Assembly: GCA_964016885.1 (NCBI GenBank) | Contig: OZ024740.1 | Coordinates: 414,532,001 to 414,596,000 of the forward strand | Source of the DNA: Eledone cirrhosa | Taxonomy: Eukaryota | DNA length: 64,000 bases | Direction: 5' to 3' | Shown here: piece by piece, positions 38,815 to 52,479 of the stretch | Position numbering within the stretch: position 1 is the first letter of the stretch | How the letters are laid out: each line of letters starts with the position of its first letter | Made by a program: the position numbers and the translations under genes | The notes under the pieces: generated by a model | Databases searched by the model: none | What the model saw: the letters and a program-made list of their open reading frames with translations, nothing else | Told to the model about the DNA's origin: nothing

Positions 38815-38904
38815 CTTAAATAAATAAATATATATATATATACATATGAGCTCAGCCGGATGGCTGAAACAGGTAAAAGAGTATATATATACTTAAATAA
38901 ATAT

Positions 38905-40551
38905 ATATCTAAAAGTAAACCCCTATACTTAGCTGTTGTTGACTTGGAGAAAGCCTTCGACAGAGTCCCCCGTTCCATTATCTGGTGGGCTCTTAGAAAA
39001 CTAGGTGTTGACAAATGGCTTGTGAGAGCTATACAAGCCATGTATAAAGAAACAGTCAGCAAGGTTAGAATTAACAACGAATATAGTGAAGAGTTTAGTG
39101 TAAAAGTTGGTGTTCATCAGGGTTCTGTTCTTAGCCCCCTACTATTTATTATTGCCCTTCAGGGTATAACAGTGGAGTTCAAGACCGGCTGCCCATGGGA
39201 ACTCCTATACGCAGATGATCTAACGCTCATAGCTGAATCAATGGCAGAGCTAGAGAAGAAATTCCAAACATGGAAGGACGGCCTAGAATCAAAAGGCCTT
39301 AAAATTAACCTGGCTAAGACTAAAGTTCTAGTTTGTAGGAAAGAAAATAAGGCGCCGGTCCCTTCCGGGAAATAGCCATGCTCAGTGTGTAGGAAAGGCG
39401 TAGGTAGAAACTCCATTTTATGTCCCAAATGCAAAGTATGCGTGCATAAAAGATGTAGTGGGATCACAGGTAAGCTAACTAAGAACATAGATTTTACATG
39501 TGGCCGGTGCTCTGGTGCAATAAGTAGCAGCAAGTGCCCACAAAATACTAGCTCTTTCAATTGCGCAGAGGGTTCTATAGAAATAGTGGACAGCTTCCGT
39601 TACCTGGGTGACAAAATCAACAGTGGGGGAGGGTGCTCTGAAAGTACAGTAGCTAGAGTCAGAACTGGATGGAAAAAGTTCAGAGAGCTTATACCACTAT
39701 TAGCCGCTAAAGGGTTCTCCCTAAAAATGAAAGGCAGGTTGTATGATGCCTGCATACGAACAGCAATGTTGCATGGCAGTGAGACCTGGGCATTGTGTGC
39801 AGAGGATATACGCAGACTAGAGAGGAACGAAGCTTGCATACTCCGCTGGATGTGTAATAGTAATATACGTGAACGGCAAAGCATAAACGAACTAAAGGAA
39901 AAATTAGAAATAAGAGGGATCAGATGTTGTTTACTCGAGAGAAGGCTACGTTGGTATGGTCACGTGATGCGCATGAAAGACGACAGCTGTATAAAAAAGT
40001 GCAGGGCAATAAAGATAGACGGTAGCCACGGAGTAGGCAGACCCAGAAAAACCTGGGACGAGCTGATAAATTCCGACCTCACACACTTACACCTCTCCAA
40101 GACAATGTCACTGGACCGAGATCTTTGGCGGTACTCAGTAATAGAGAAGACCCGCCTTGCCTAAATACAAAGTAAACCTACTACAGTCAGTAGGCATCTC
40201 TAACAAAATACGCCCCCGTCACACCACCCCGTCACACCACCCCATCCACACCGCCCCTTTCAATGTAAAGTTACGTTGGTGCCACAACATCCAGGCCGAA
40301 ACAAATGAGATCGTATAGGTGTCACGACAAAAAAACACGCTGTAATGTGGCCGTGTAGGCAACACGGTAAAAACCTCCCAGTCCCACACTGTAAATGTGG
40401 TTGGTGTTAGGAAGGGCATCCAGCTGTAGAAAACCCGCCAGACAGTCCTATGCGAGCAAGACAACTGCTCTTGCCTCAAGTGGGAAAACTCCCATCCAAA
40501 CCCATGCAAGCGTGGAACATGGACGTTAAACGATGATGATGATGATGATGA
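38905..40551 (+). mobile_element. 5'-truncated RTE LINE, RT with one in-frame stop
   Basis: VDLEKAFDRVPR, GVHQGSVLSPLLF, LLYADDL, stop at 39373-39375, then ORF 39385-40164; (GAT)n tail. Confidence 0.95.
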
Positions 40552-40661
40552 TATATATATATATATTTATTTATTTAAGTATATATATATATATATATAT
40601 ATATTTATTTATTTAAGTATATATATATATATATATTTAAGGCACATATATATATATATAT

Positions 40662-40988
40662 GGAGGCACATGGCTTAGTGGTTAGAGCATTGGCCTTGCA
40701 ATCGAAAGGTTGTGAGTTCAATTCTCAGACCGGGTGATGTGTTGTTTCCTTGAGCAAGACACTTTATTTCACATTGCTCCAGTTTACTCAGCTGTAGAAA
40801 TGAGATGATAGGGACTGAAAAGTGGACGTGTAGGTGCCACGGCAAAAAAAGCACCCAGCACTCACTGAAAATAAGGTTGGTGTTAGGAAGGGCATCCAGC
40901 TGTAGAAATCAAGCCAAAATCAGTTCCCGTTCCACCCTTTCAAGCAGGGAAAAACGGACGTAAAATGAAATGATGATGAAATGATGAT
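40662..40988 (+). mobile_element. SINE family B
   Basis: tRNA-like head and RTE tail as at 6408-6751. Confidence 0.88.
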
Positions 40989-41057
40989 ATAATATATATA
41001 TATATATATATACTTAAATAAATAAATAAATACATATATATATATATACTTAAATAA

Positions 41058-41110
<53 letters not shown>

Positions 41111-41159
41111 AATAAATAAATATATATATATACTTAAATAAATAAATATATATATATAT

Positions 41160-41432
41160 ATGTGTGAATGAAGTAATTCCGTCGCAAAGGTCCAGGAAAA
41201 AAGAGTGCTCTATGTTACAGAGTTTAATAGTTATGTAATAAAGAACATAAGGCAATTATTTCAATTACCAGTGGTTTCTAGCTTTCAATCATCAGAATGA
41301 AAAAATCCTGGTGTATTTATTGACATTGGGTTTTTAAAATCCAATGTCAATAAATACACCAGGATTTTTTCATCCTGATGATTGAAAGAAACCACTGGTA
41401 AATGAAATAATTGCCTTATGTTGTTTATTACA

Positions 41433-41475
<43 letters not shown>

Positions 41476-41674
41476 TTAAATATATATATACTTAAATAAA
41501 TAAATATATATATATATATAGTTATGTAATAAACAACATAAGGCAATTATTTCATTTACCAGTGGTTTCTTATTGCTTTATGTTGTTTATTACATAACTA
41601 TTAAGGTCTGTTACCTACATAGAGCACTCTTTTTTCCTGGACTTTTCCCACGGAATTACTTCATTTACACACAT
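41160..41674. repeat. nested fold-back element with hammerhead-like cores
   Basis: Palindrome 41227-41439 centred near 41335; outer arms 41160-41256 / 41571-41674; extra arm 41519-41570; cores TTTCATT-CTGATGA..GAAA-CCACTGG-TA-ATTGAAA (41259-41302 minus; 41368-41407 plus) with poor stem II. Confidence 0.85.
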
Positions 41675-41697
41675 ATATATATATATATACTTAAATA

Positions 41698-41759
<62 letters not shown>

Positions 41760-41775
41760 CATATATATATATACT

Positions 41776-41831
<56 letters not shown>

Positions 41832-41833
41832 CT

Positions 41834-41891
<58 letters not shown>

Positions 41892-41893
41892 CT

Positions 41894-41939
<46 letters not shown>

Positions 41940-41941
41940 CT

Positions 41942-41997
<56 letters not shown>

Positions 41998-42001
41998 CTT
42001 A

Positions 42002-42033
<32 letters not shown>

Positions 42034-42035
42034 CT

Positions 42036-42085
<50 letters not shown>

Positions 42086-42099
42086 CTTAAATATATATG

Positions 42100-42131
<32 letters not shown>

Positions 42132-42149
42132 CTTAAATATATATGTATA

Positions 42150-42185
<36 letters not shown>
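41675..42185. repeat. compound (TA)n tract punctuated by CTTAAA
   Basis: Directly visible. Confidence 0.95.
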
Positions 42186-42195
42186 CTAATACACA

Positions 42196-42489
42196 AACAA
42201 TATGCCCCCCCCCCCCACCGCAAGGTGGCCGTGGAGGTGCCACGGCAAAAAAGCACCCATCCCACACTGTAAAGTGGACGTGTAGGCGCCACGAAAAAGC
42301 ACCCAGCACTCACTGTAAATGAGGTTGGTGTTAGGAAGGGCATCCAGCTGTAGAAATCAAGCCAGATCAGTTCCTGTATGAGCAAGGCATGGTCAGCCGA
42401 CCAGACACTGCCCACAACAGGACAACCCGTCTAACCCATGCTAGCGTGGAAGAACGGACGTAAAACGGTGATGATGATGATGATGATGA
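42196..42489 (+). mobile_element. RTE 3'UTR fragment
   Basis: Near-identical to 11978-12272. Confidence 0.85.
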
Positions 42490-42899
42490 CACACACACAC
42501 ATACATACATGTTGAGGTGTGTGTAGTCATTAGGCCAGCTTTATGAATCAATTTCTTAATAATTGATCACTAAGAAAATCTATAGCCAGGAAATACCATT
42601 TATAACACTTCACACTGAAAGAGAAAAGATCAATATTGAAAGATGTGTAAAACAAGGAGATATAATACCACCCAAGCTCTTTAATGTTGCACAGTAATAC
42701 ATCTTTAAAAAAAACTTAACTAATACGAATAAACATAAATGGTGAATTTTTAAGTCATTTATGCTTTGTTGATAACAGTTATTTTTTCGAATGATAGACA
42801 TGAACTGGAACAAATGTTAAATGGACTGAACAGTGAATATAATAAAGTAAGACTAAAAATAAATATGAAGAAATCACAAGTGATGTTCAACTAACAGTA

Positions 42900-43700
42900 A
42901 AGCAGTAAGTAAAGTCATCAAACTCAACCATGATATCATAACAAACACTGGTTTATCTTTGACAGCTGGTAAACATAGTATGTAGCTATAAAGGTGGAGT
43001 AAAAAGACAAATCCAAGATGGATGGGGTAAATTACATAACATCATGTAAAGTAATATGCCTGAACTGCAGAGTGTTTGACAATGTGGGTCATAGTAGCAA
43101 TGACTTATGGAGCAGTGACATGGTTGATGATTGAAAATATGGAACAGAAGCTTAGAATAACAATAAAAGAAGTATAGAGATGCATGGTAGGAGTCATTAA
43201 AAAAGAGAGAAAATCTTGCCAATAAATCAAGGAGCAAACAAAAGTACAAGACTTCATAAAACATTAACCCTTTAGCATTTAAACTGGCCATATCTGGCTA
43301 GAATTCTCTCACCTCTTTCTCTTTAAACCAGCTGTAACTGACCACTCATACTGACTTTAAGGTATTGTCCTCAAAATAAATAACATCAAAATCTCAGATA
43401 TTCGATATTATTTTAGATAATTATGTGAGATAAAGCCTTTACTGTGAACATATAATATTATATATAGAGTAATGTAAATGCTAAAGGGTTAAGAAGGTAA
43501 AATGGGAGTGGCCAGAGCATATGTCATGAACAAACTGACAGCTGATGGACAAAGCTAAGTATATATTTAAGACCAGGTGGAGTAGGTTCTCATAGTCATG
43601 GAATACAAAGGATCACTAAGTTTATGACAGTTACATGGCTCAGGATGGAAACAAATTGACACTAGCTTGGAAAGGCCTTTATTTTGAAATGGGAAAATAA
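42900..43700 (+). mobile_element. highly decayed RTE-group LINE, split by a piggyBac MITE
   Basis: RVFDNV..AMTYGAVTW and KWEWPEHM..WTK motifs on either side of the MITE. Confidence 0.5.
43264..43492. mobile_element. piggyBac-type MITE
   Basis: TTAA-flanked TIRs. Confidence 0.88.
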
Positions 43701-44735
43701 TACCTGAGAATGGTGGAAATAAATCGATTTCAACTTTAGCTTTTCTTCATTTATATTTTTTATATTTTGTTCCAGCCTTTCACCTGTCATGCTGCAGTTA
43801 ATAGTTCAAAGAATTATAATCTGATTAACAGCACCTCATCTCACACATTTACACATTTCATCTGGTATTTGTCTCTCATAAATGAACTGAAACAATACAG
43901 AATTAATTCTTCTGCCCTACAAAAAGTCTGCTGTAGATTTAAACTCACTCACAATCTATCCACAGATGGTGCATTTCACCCCTATTCACTGTTGCGCCCC
44001 TGTTGAGAGGGTCTCAGAGAATCTTTAACCATTTTTATATCAAAATGTCTGAAATTGCACCTGGTTCTATGACACAAAACTGTTTATTTTAGTGTTTATA
44101 TTTATCTAAAAACCTTCTATCATAATTCTATGTAAGAACATTTGTTAAGCTATGCTCCAAACACCAGCCTAATGATGAGATAGTAATATTACTAAATTCT
44201 TCCAAATCATTGATTATGTTTGAAATTATTTGAAAACCATAGATAATTTCTTTCATTAGAAATATGGTAAAGAAAGGTTTACAAAAAGCCTGACGACTGG
44301 CACTAATCCTTTAAGCCAAACTAAATGATATAAATATAAATGTTTCACTTTAATAGGTCTATACCTCACAACCTAACCCTGACAGGATAGAAACTAAAGG
44401 CTTGAAGCTTCAGAAATATAGGATGCTGTGTCAAACATCTGGTCAACATCTTACACTACAGCTTAGCATATCTACCAATAACAACTAACTGCAACACTTT
44501 TACCTCTTGAATTGAATTAGATGAGTGGAATCATACATTTAACATTATATACAGTAGTAGCTCTGGTATGATATAGCTTGTCAAAAACGGTCTGTACAAC
44601 AAGATTTACAACATAATGCAGTCACCTGAGATATATAATCTCATTCAAAACAGTTTAGGGATTTGGGGAGTACAAAATGTTCTGAAAGCTTAATTGCTTC
44701 AGCTGATGTTTAATACTAGGGAGATTGATAATTCT

Positions 44736-44738
<3 letters not shown>

Positions 44739-44812
<74 letters not shown>

Positions 44813-44875
44813 GTGAGTGAGTGAGTGAGTGAGTGAGTGAGTGAGTGAGTGAGTGAGTGAGTGAGTGAGTGAGAG
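44739..44875. repeat. (GA)n + (GAGT)n microsatellite
   Basis: Directly visible. Confidence 0.95.
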
Positions 44876-45669
44876 ATTGTGTGGTGTGTGTGTGCGTAAA
44901 AAATAAAACACCAAACTAGTGGTTGCCTGCATTGGTAAAATTTATTATTTAGTATAGTTTGTAAATTTGGATAATTAGAAGGAAAAAATCCTTGAAGAGC
45001 TTGAAAAAATATGAAATTTACAATTGACACCATTGCAGGTTTGGCTAGTCTCCTACAAGGTTGCATTTCATAGGAGGTTTCTTGGGTGTTGAAAAAGCAA
45101 CATGAAATGAAGTGTCTTGCACAAGAACACAATGTGCTGTCCAGTCCAGAAAATGAACCCAGACCTTATGACTTCAGTCCAACACCCTAACACTAGGTCA
45201 CACACCTTTTTCTCATAAGACCATATTCAGATGTATCAATAAAAACAAAAAACTTCACTAAAGTTACGTCTATATCACTTACCACATGAGTTTCCTGTTG
45301 TCCATCCTCAAGCAATTTACTTTAGTCTTTCTTCATTTATATTTTGTCATATTTTGTTCTAGCCTCAGTTTTTTTATATAAAAGATTTATCACTGAGTAG
45401 AAAAAAACTTTCTTCCCCAATAAACAACCACCTTACCCCAAATGTCCATTACTATACCTAGCAGTACTGAATACATTCTTTCCTTAAATTTCAGAGAGAG
45501 AGAACAAAGGGTAGAGGTAAAAACACCTGATTGGAACGTTCTACATGTTGTGTAGATATGTGAATACTCTAAATATGATGTATGTACAAGAACGGAAGTA
45601 GGTGTAAAAGCCAAACACACTATCTTCAATTCAGTATTCAGGCCATCCCTTAATGACTAAAAGAATACA

Positions 45670-46040
45670 GTAGCAAATACAAGCGGCTGAATGAGGTTAC
45701 TCCAAATGGTCTTTGGAGTAACAATACCGGATAGAGTGCGTAGCAGGGAGATCAGCAAGTCACACTAGGCAGAGCTGCTACTTCTCTGAACTGAGAGATC
45801 ACTGATCCGATGGACATAGGGTTCGAATGTCTTAGGATAGAATCACTGCACAGATTTTATGGGCAAAACTAACCGACAAGAGCCCAAGGAAGATGATTGA
45901 ATAACATCCATGAGAGAGGCTAATCTCACTTGGGGATCCAGCCAGATTAATTAGACAGATGTTCTTGTGAGGACCTGCTGGAAGATGTTCTTGAGGAGTG
46001 TGCCCTCATGACACTATGCAGGAGGAGGAGGGGAAGAAGA
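45670..46040 (+). mobile_element. decayed RTE LINE 3' fragment
   Basis: IQAAE..RLLQMVFGVTIPDRVRSREI..LLLL..ERSLIRW-like translation. Confidence 0.55.
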
Positions 46041-46183
46041 AAAAGAACAACAACAACAATAGGTTGATATAGCTGACTAAACCGTTGAAGGTGGTGACTC
46101 AACATGGTCACAGTCAAATGACTAACAACAGTAAAAGAATATGATGCATAAACATATAATATACATAAAAAGAGTAGAGACCC

Positions 46184-46504
46184 CATTCAGTCATGAATGA
46201 CCATGGGTTTTGCACCTAGAAAGTTCCCCACCAAAGCACAGAACCACGTAGGTATTTTTTGTGGATGACCAGCAGTCGCCCTTGCATAACAGTCTCCTCC
46301 CTTCATGCCACTGATATTGCCCGAGGAAAGGCAATACAACTTGGCACCAGTGATGTCACAACTCATTTCTACAGCTGAATAAACTGGAACAATGTGAATA
46401 AAGTATCTTGCTCAAGGACACAACACATTGCCGGGTCCAGGAATCAAACTATAACCTCACAATTGTGAATCTAATTCTCTAACCACCAAGCCAAGTGCCT
46501 TCAC
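46184..46504 (-). mobile_element. older tRNA/CORE-like SINE with a different tail
   Basis: Head related to family B (CCTTGAGCAAGATACTTTATT); tail CCATGGTCATTCATGACTGAATG. Confidence 0.6.
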
Positions 46505-46694
46505 ATAATATATATATGTGGATATTGATTTTCCTATGTACGACATGGTAACACAGCAGGTCATTGATGAATACAGTCACGTTAGTTATAACCTTCGCTG
46601 CAGATACATACTTGTTTTAACATGATCAATTGAGTCAGTCGTGAGGTAGCGCTGTTTATGTACAGACATGTTTATAACCTCTGTTACGTTTACT

Positions 46695-47295
46695 ATGCAG
46701 CAAAATATCAAACTACAGCATGCAATCAAATTTTGCGTGAAACTCAACAATTCTGCCACTGAAACATTTAATTCTTTAACAAAAGCTGATGGAAATGTGG
46801 CACAAAGATTTCAAAGGCGGTTGAGAAAATGTTGAAGACGGACCTTGTACTGGAAGGCTAATCTCGTCAACAAAGTAACAAAATGTGGAAGTTGTATGAG
46901 CAGATATGGTAAAAGATCGCCAATTAAGAGTTAGGATGAATGCAGAATGGATAAAAATGCAATTTACAGAATTTTAACAGATCATTTGCACATGTCAACA
47001 TGTTGTGCAAAACTAGTGACCAAACACTTGTCTGTGGAACAAAAAGCAAACCGGTGTTTGAGTACAATCCAGAGACAAATGGCAAAGTGAGGAGTGGCAC
47101 AGAAAAAATTCTCCTTGTCCAAAGAAAGCACCCATGAGCAGATCCAGGGTGAAAATGATGATTATCAATTTGTTCAACAGCCGTGGTATTGTTCACAAAG
47201 AATGTTTACCACCAGGAGAGATAGTTAATCGCACCTTCTGCAAGTATGTCTTGAAACTACTTTCAAAACAGATCCATTGAGTCTGAAAAGATATT
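46695..47295 (+). mobile_element. decayed mariner transposase relic (second family)
   Basis: MQQNIKLQHAIKFCVKLNNSATETF; RSRVKMMII.LFNSRGIVHKECLPPGEIVN. Confidence 0.75.
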
Positions 47296-47349
47296 GCAGG
47301 GAAAAGCGGACATAAAATATGATGATGATTATATATATCATATACATAT

Positions 47350-47692
47350 GGAGGCACAGGGCTTAGTGGTTAGAGCATTGGCCTTGCAATCGAAAGGTTG
47401 TGAGTTCAATTCTCAGACCGGGTGATGTTTTTTCCTTGAGCAAGACACTTTATTTCACATTTCTCCAGTTTACTCAGCTGTAAGAATGAGATGATAGGGA
47501 CCCCAGTCCCTATCATTCCACTGCAAAGTGGTCGTGGAGGTGCCACGGCAAAAAAGCACCCAGCACTCACTGTAAATGAGGTTGGTGTTAGGAAGGGCAT
47601 CCAGCTGTAGAAATCAAGCCAGAATCAGTTCCCGTCCCACCTTGCAAGCAGGGAAAAAGCGGACGTAAAATGAAATGATGATGATGATGATG
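47350..47692 (+). mobile_element. SINE family B
   Basis: Full head-to-(GAT)n copy. Confidence 0.88.
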
Positions 47693-48004
47693 AAATGACA
47701 TGACGTATACAGTACCATATTCAGTTGTGTATTTGGTAAATACAATGGAATAAGACAGAATATAAAATAATCATTGTTATTGATAAAAATATATTGATCA
47801 TGTGTGAGATCTTGTGACTTTTAGAGTTTCTGGAATATTTCCAATAGAGCTGTGTAAAGGAATGTTGTAGGGAGATGGAGTTCTTATAGTGTCCTCTCTT
47901 CATCATTGCTTCTCTAAGAAAATAATTCCTCTCTTCTTTCTGTCTTTCTATCTCTCTTAATATATATATTTATTTCTCTCTCCCTCTCTCTCTGTCTCTC
48001 ACAA

Positions 48005-48082
48005 ATATATATACATACACACACATGCACACACACACACACACACACACATATATACATACACACACATATCATCATCATC

Positions 48083-48115
<33 letters not shown>

Positions 48116-48418
48116 CACACATGTATATATACATATATATCTATATATATATATATACATATACGTACACATATATATATATACATACACACACACACAC
48201 ATATATACATATACACATACACACACATATATACATATACACACACACACATATATACATGTACATACACACACATATATACATATACATACATACACAC
48301 ATACACATATACATACACACACACATATACATACACACACGCATACACATATACATACACACACGCATACACATATACATACACACACATACACATATAC
48401 ATACACACACACATACAT

Positions 48419-48449
<31 letters not shown>

Positions 48450-48575
48450 CACACATATATGTTAGGTAATTCCGAAGGAAAAGCAAAGAAAAAAAGAGTG
48501 CTCTATGTATAGAACAGAGCTATTTAATTAACTAACTAAATATATATACATATATATACATTTACACATATACAT

Positions 48576-48644
<69 letters not shown>

Positions 48645-49140
48645 CATATACATATATACACACATATACATATATATATATATAAAATATACATACACAT
48701 ATATATACATATACATACATACACACACATATATATATGTATATATATATACATATGTACACACACATACAGACATATATACATACATACACACACATAT
48801 ATATATGTATATATATATACATATGTACACACACATAGACATATATACACACACACACACACATATATATATACATACACATACACACAGATATATATAC
48901 ATACACATACACACATATATACATACACATACACACACACACATATACATACACACACACACACACATATATATATACACACACACACACATATATATAT
49001 ATACACACACACACATATATATACACACACACACACATATATACACACACACACACACGTATATATACACACACACACACATATATATATACACACACAC
49101 ATATATATATACACACACACATATATATATACACACACAC

Positions 49141-49188
<48 letters not shown>
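48005..49188. repeat. compound (CA)/(TA) microsatellite field
   Basis: Directly visible; contains a ~75-bp island at 48461-48535 related to 41170-41230. Confidence 0.95.
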
Positions 49189-49189
<1 letters not shown>

Positions 49190-49391
49190 ATAATAAGGGC
49201 GCTGCGGAGTTGCAAATAGGTTACATATGAAAAAAGTTTGTCCTTCATCAGTGATCTTCCAACCATCATAGGTATTTCTTCGCTTTAAAGACCATATACC
49301 TCCGGTTGGTGCGAGCATCGGCTAAAAAAAGTCGTTGGGACATGTAAATAAAGGGGACGCGAGGGTAAACAAACAAAATGGTGAAGCAACA

Positions 49392-49458
<67 letters not shown>

Positions 49459-49560
49459 TACATATATACATAAACATACATACATATATGCATATACATA
49501 TATACATACATGTCTATATACATATACATACATATATATATACATGCCTATATACATATA

Positions 49561-50158
49561 CATGGTGGCTGCCAACTCGTTTTCGAGTACGGCCACTACT
49601 TTATATCCATGTAGGAGAACCCCTACCGATGCGCTGAACAAGTGTGACTTTTTAGTCCAGCCAGCGACTTGAAAACTCTGGTACAAACACTACACTTGTG
49701 ACAATTATTGACACATAGTGCTGGGCCTATGGTACCATGTGACGACAAGTGCTGAGAGATCTCCAGATATAAAGCAATGCCTGTGCCGTGAAGCTTTTAT
49801 AGTCAGCAAAGGCACTGCACAAAGCCATACCCACTCTCTTAACCAAGATGATATTTACCAAAAAGAAGAACAAGTCAACATCAGAGTTGCAGGTGTTATA
49901 TCAGAGTTTTCCTTCTCCTAGAATTCTGCCATGACAAAAGCTAAGGGGTCATCTCTCCCGGTGATTTTGGATGGCCATTGACTCTTAAGAGCTTCTTTGC
50001 CCTTTGACAGGTTCTGTTTTTAGTCCTGCAGGATGTCCAAAGTCTCCCTCCTCACCAAGAAACCTTGGTGGGGTTGCCAGTTTAGTCGCCAACGACCCGA
50101 CCATGGGACAGGTTGTACTGGGATACATGTTACCAGTAGCACCAACTGGTGACCTGAC
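49561..50158 (-). mobile_element. second copy of the ~600-bp element at 13678-14292
   Basis: Colinear with the first copy, same ends, embedded in TA/CA repeats. Confidence 0.8.
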
Positions 50159-50270
50159 ATAAACATATACATACACATATATATATATATATACATGCCA
50201 ATATACATATACATACACACATATATATATATATATATATATACATGCCAATATACATATACATACACAC

Positions 50271-50320
<50 letters not shown>

Positions 50321-50321
<1 letters not shown>

Positions 50322-50465
50322 GGAAAATGTTCAAGACCCCGACGGCAGAGCTCAAGCCGTTTCAACGGCTATTTCTGATCCTATCACCCACTCTACTACC
50401 CTAAGTATTGAGTACTCTGGTGCGTTATGGTCCATCTGGTTCCTTATCACATTTCCTTTGTTATA
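50321..50465. mobile_element. Penelope pLTR mini-fragment with internal inversion
   Basis: 50321-50376 matches 25066-25120 in direct orientation; 50379-50465 matches 26170-26255. Confidence 0.8.
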
Positions 50466-50468
50466 GTT

Positions 50469-50865
50469 ACATGGCTTAGTGGTTACAGCATTGGGCTTGC
50501 AATTGAAAGGTTGTGAGTTCAATTCTCAGACCGGGTGATGTGTTGTTTCCTTGAGCAAGACACTTTATTTCACATTGCTCCAGTTTACTCAGCTGTAGAA
50601 ATGAGATGATAGGGACTCCAGTCCCTATCATTCCACTGCAAAGTGGTCGTGGAGGTGCCACGGCAAAAAAGCACCCAGCACTCACTGTAAATGAGGTTGG
50701 TGTTAGGAAGGGCATCCAGCTGTAGAAATCAAGCCAGAATCAATTCCCGTATGAGCAAGACATGGTCAGCCGACTGGCTACTGCCCACAACAGGACATCC
50801 CGTCTAACCCATGCTAGCATGGAAGAATGGACGTAAAAGGGTGATGATGATGATGATGATGATGA
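50469..50865 (+). mobile_element. SINE family B (long-tail form)
   Basis: tRNA-like head; tail matches RTE 3'UTR 12100-12272. Confidence 0.85.
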
Positions 50866-51089
50866 TATATATATAGGTACCACAGAACATCCAGTCCACA
50901 CTGTAAATCTGATTGGCGTTAGGAAGGGTATCCAGCCATAGAAAACCAGCTAGATACAGTTCTATATGAGTGAGACACGGTCACCCAACCAATCTTACCT
51001 CAAGTGGGACAAAACCTGTCTAACCCATGCTAGCATGGAAGATGGACGTTAAACGATGATGATGATATATATATATATATATATATATA

Positions 51090-51328
51090 TAACAAAGGAA
51101 GTGTGGTAAGGAACCAGGTGGACCATAACGCACCAGAGTACTCGATACTTTGGGTAGTAGAGTGGGTAATAGGAAAAGAGTCAAGACCCCGATGGCAGAG
51201 CTCAAGCCGTTTCGACAGCTTAGGAGTCCAGAACTAGCTGTCGAAACGGCTCAAGCTCTGCCGTCGGGGTCCTGACTCTTTTCCTATTACCCACTCTACT
51301 ACCCAAAGTATCGAGTACTCTGGTGCGT
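51090..51328. mobile_element. fold-back Penelope pLTR fragment
   Basis: Arms 51128-51220 / 51236-51328 are inverted and match 24985-25115. Confidence 0.85.
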
Positions 51329-51551
51329 ATTTAATTAATTTCCACGTGCTGTTGAAATGTTGGGTAAATATTCTATAGCGGTTGGACGCAAAGACGCTGC
51401 TGTGGCGTATTTATTTACTGTTTCTTCATAGGTGCCTTTTATTCTTATAGCCTGGTCTAATTGATTTTTTGTGTGGTTAATTATGCTGATTGGGAGTAGA
51501 GATGATGTATATATATTATCAAATAATTCTCTGGACATGCTTTACTCTATA

Positions 51552-51620
<69 letters not shown>

Positions 51621-51638
51621 TATATATATATATATATA

Positions 51639-51947
51639 TTGGCCTTGCAATCGAAATGTTGTGAGTTCAATTCTCAGACCGGGTGATGTGTTGTTTCCTT
51701 GAGCAAGACACTTTATTTCACATTGCTCCAGTTTACTCAGCTGTAGAAATGAGATGATAGGACTGGGGTCCCTATCATTCCACTGTAAAGTGGACGTGGA
51801 GGTGCCACGTCAAAAAAGCACCCAGCACTCACTGTAAATGAGGTTGGTGTTAGGAAGGGTATCCAGCTGTAGAAATCAAGCCAATTCCCGTCCCACCCTT
51901 GCAAGCAGGGAAAAGTGGACGTAAAATGATGATGATGATGATGATGA

Positions 51948-51950
<3 letters not shown>
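51639..51950 (+). mobile_element. SINE family B, 5'-truncated
   Basis: Matches 47379-47692. Confidence 0.85.
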
Positions 51951-51981
<31 letters not shown>

Positions 51982-52479
51982 TGTGTTTTTGTCACACAGT
52001 AGTCTTCCTCTATTTTAGAGGTCATGTGTCACAAAGGCATAGATTCGGGAAACTGGGAGTACATGCAACTGTGCACACCTTAAGACCTAAGTGTTGAGTA
52101 TAGGCCATCCTGCTGAAGAAATGCAATAGCCCAATTGCATAATGTTTGATGATATTACGCAATTTCCTGCATATTGCAGTTTTAATAACTGTTGTAGGCG
52201 GAATATTGCATAGAAACGGAATCCATCCAGGAGTTGCATATGTGAGGTATCTTTACAAAAACACTGCCATAGTACTCATTGAATAACTATAATGTATGCA
52301 CTCTGAACCTTGGGATGCAGCTTCACAAGACACAGATTTCACTGTAGCAGGATTTGAACTCAGAGTAAAAATAGCTAAAACAATTACTGTAAACCATTCC
52401 ATCTAATGTTGAAATGATACTACCAAATTGCTGCCTATTAAAGGTAGCAGCTTGACCGTGTTATTGTCACCTGATAGAT

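Noticed and set aside
40662-40735. tRNA gene
   Set aside because: A/B boxes are present but there is no full cloverleaf, and it continues into a SINE body
47914-49686. Cys/Val/Tyr/Ile- or His/Thr-rich ORFs
   Set aside because: Translations of (CA)/(TA) microsatellites
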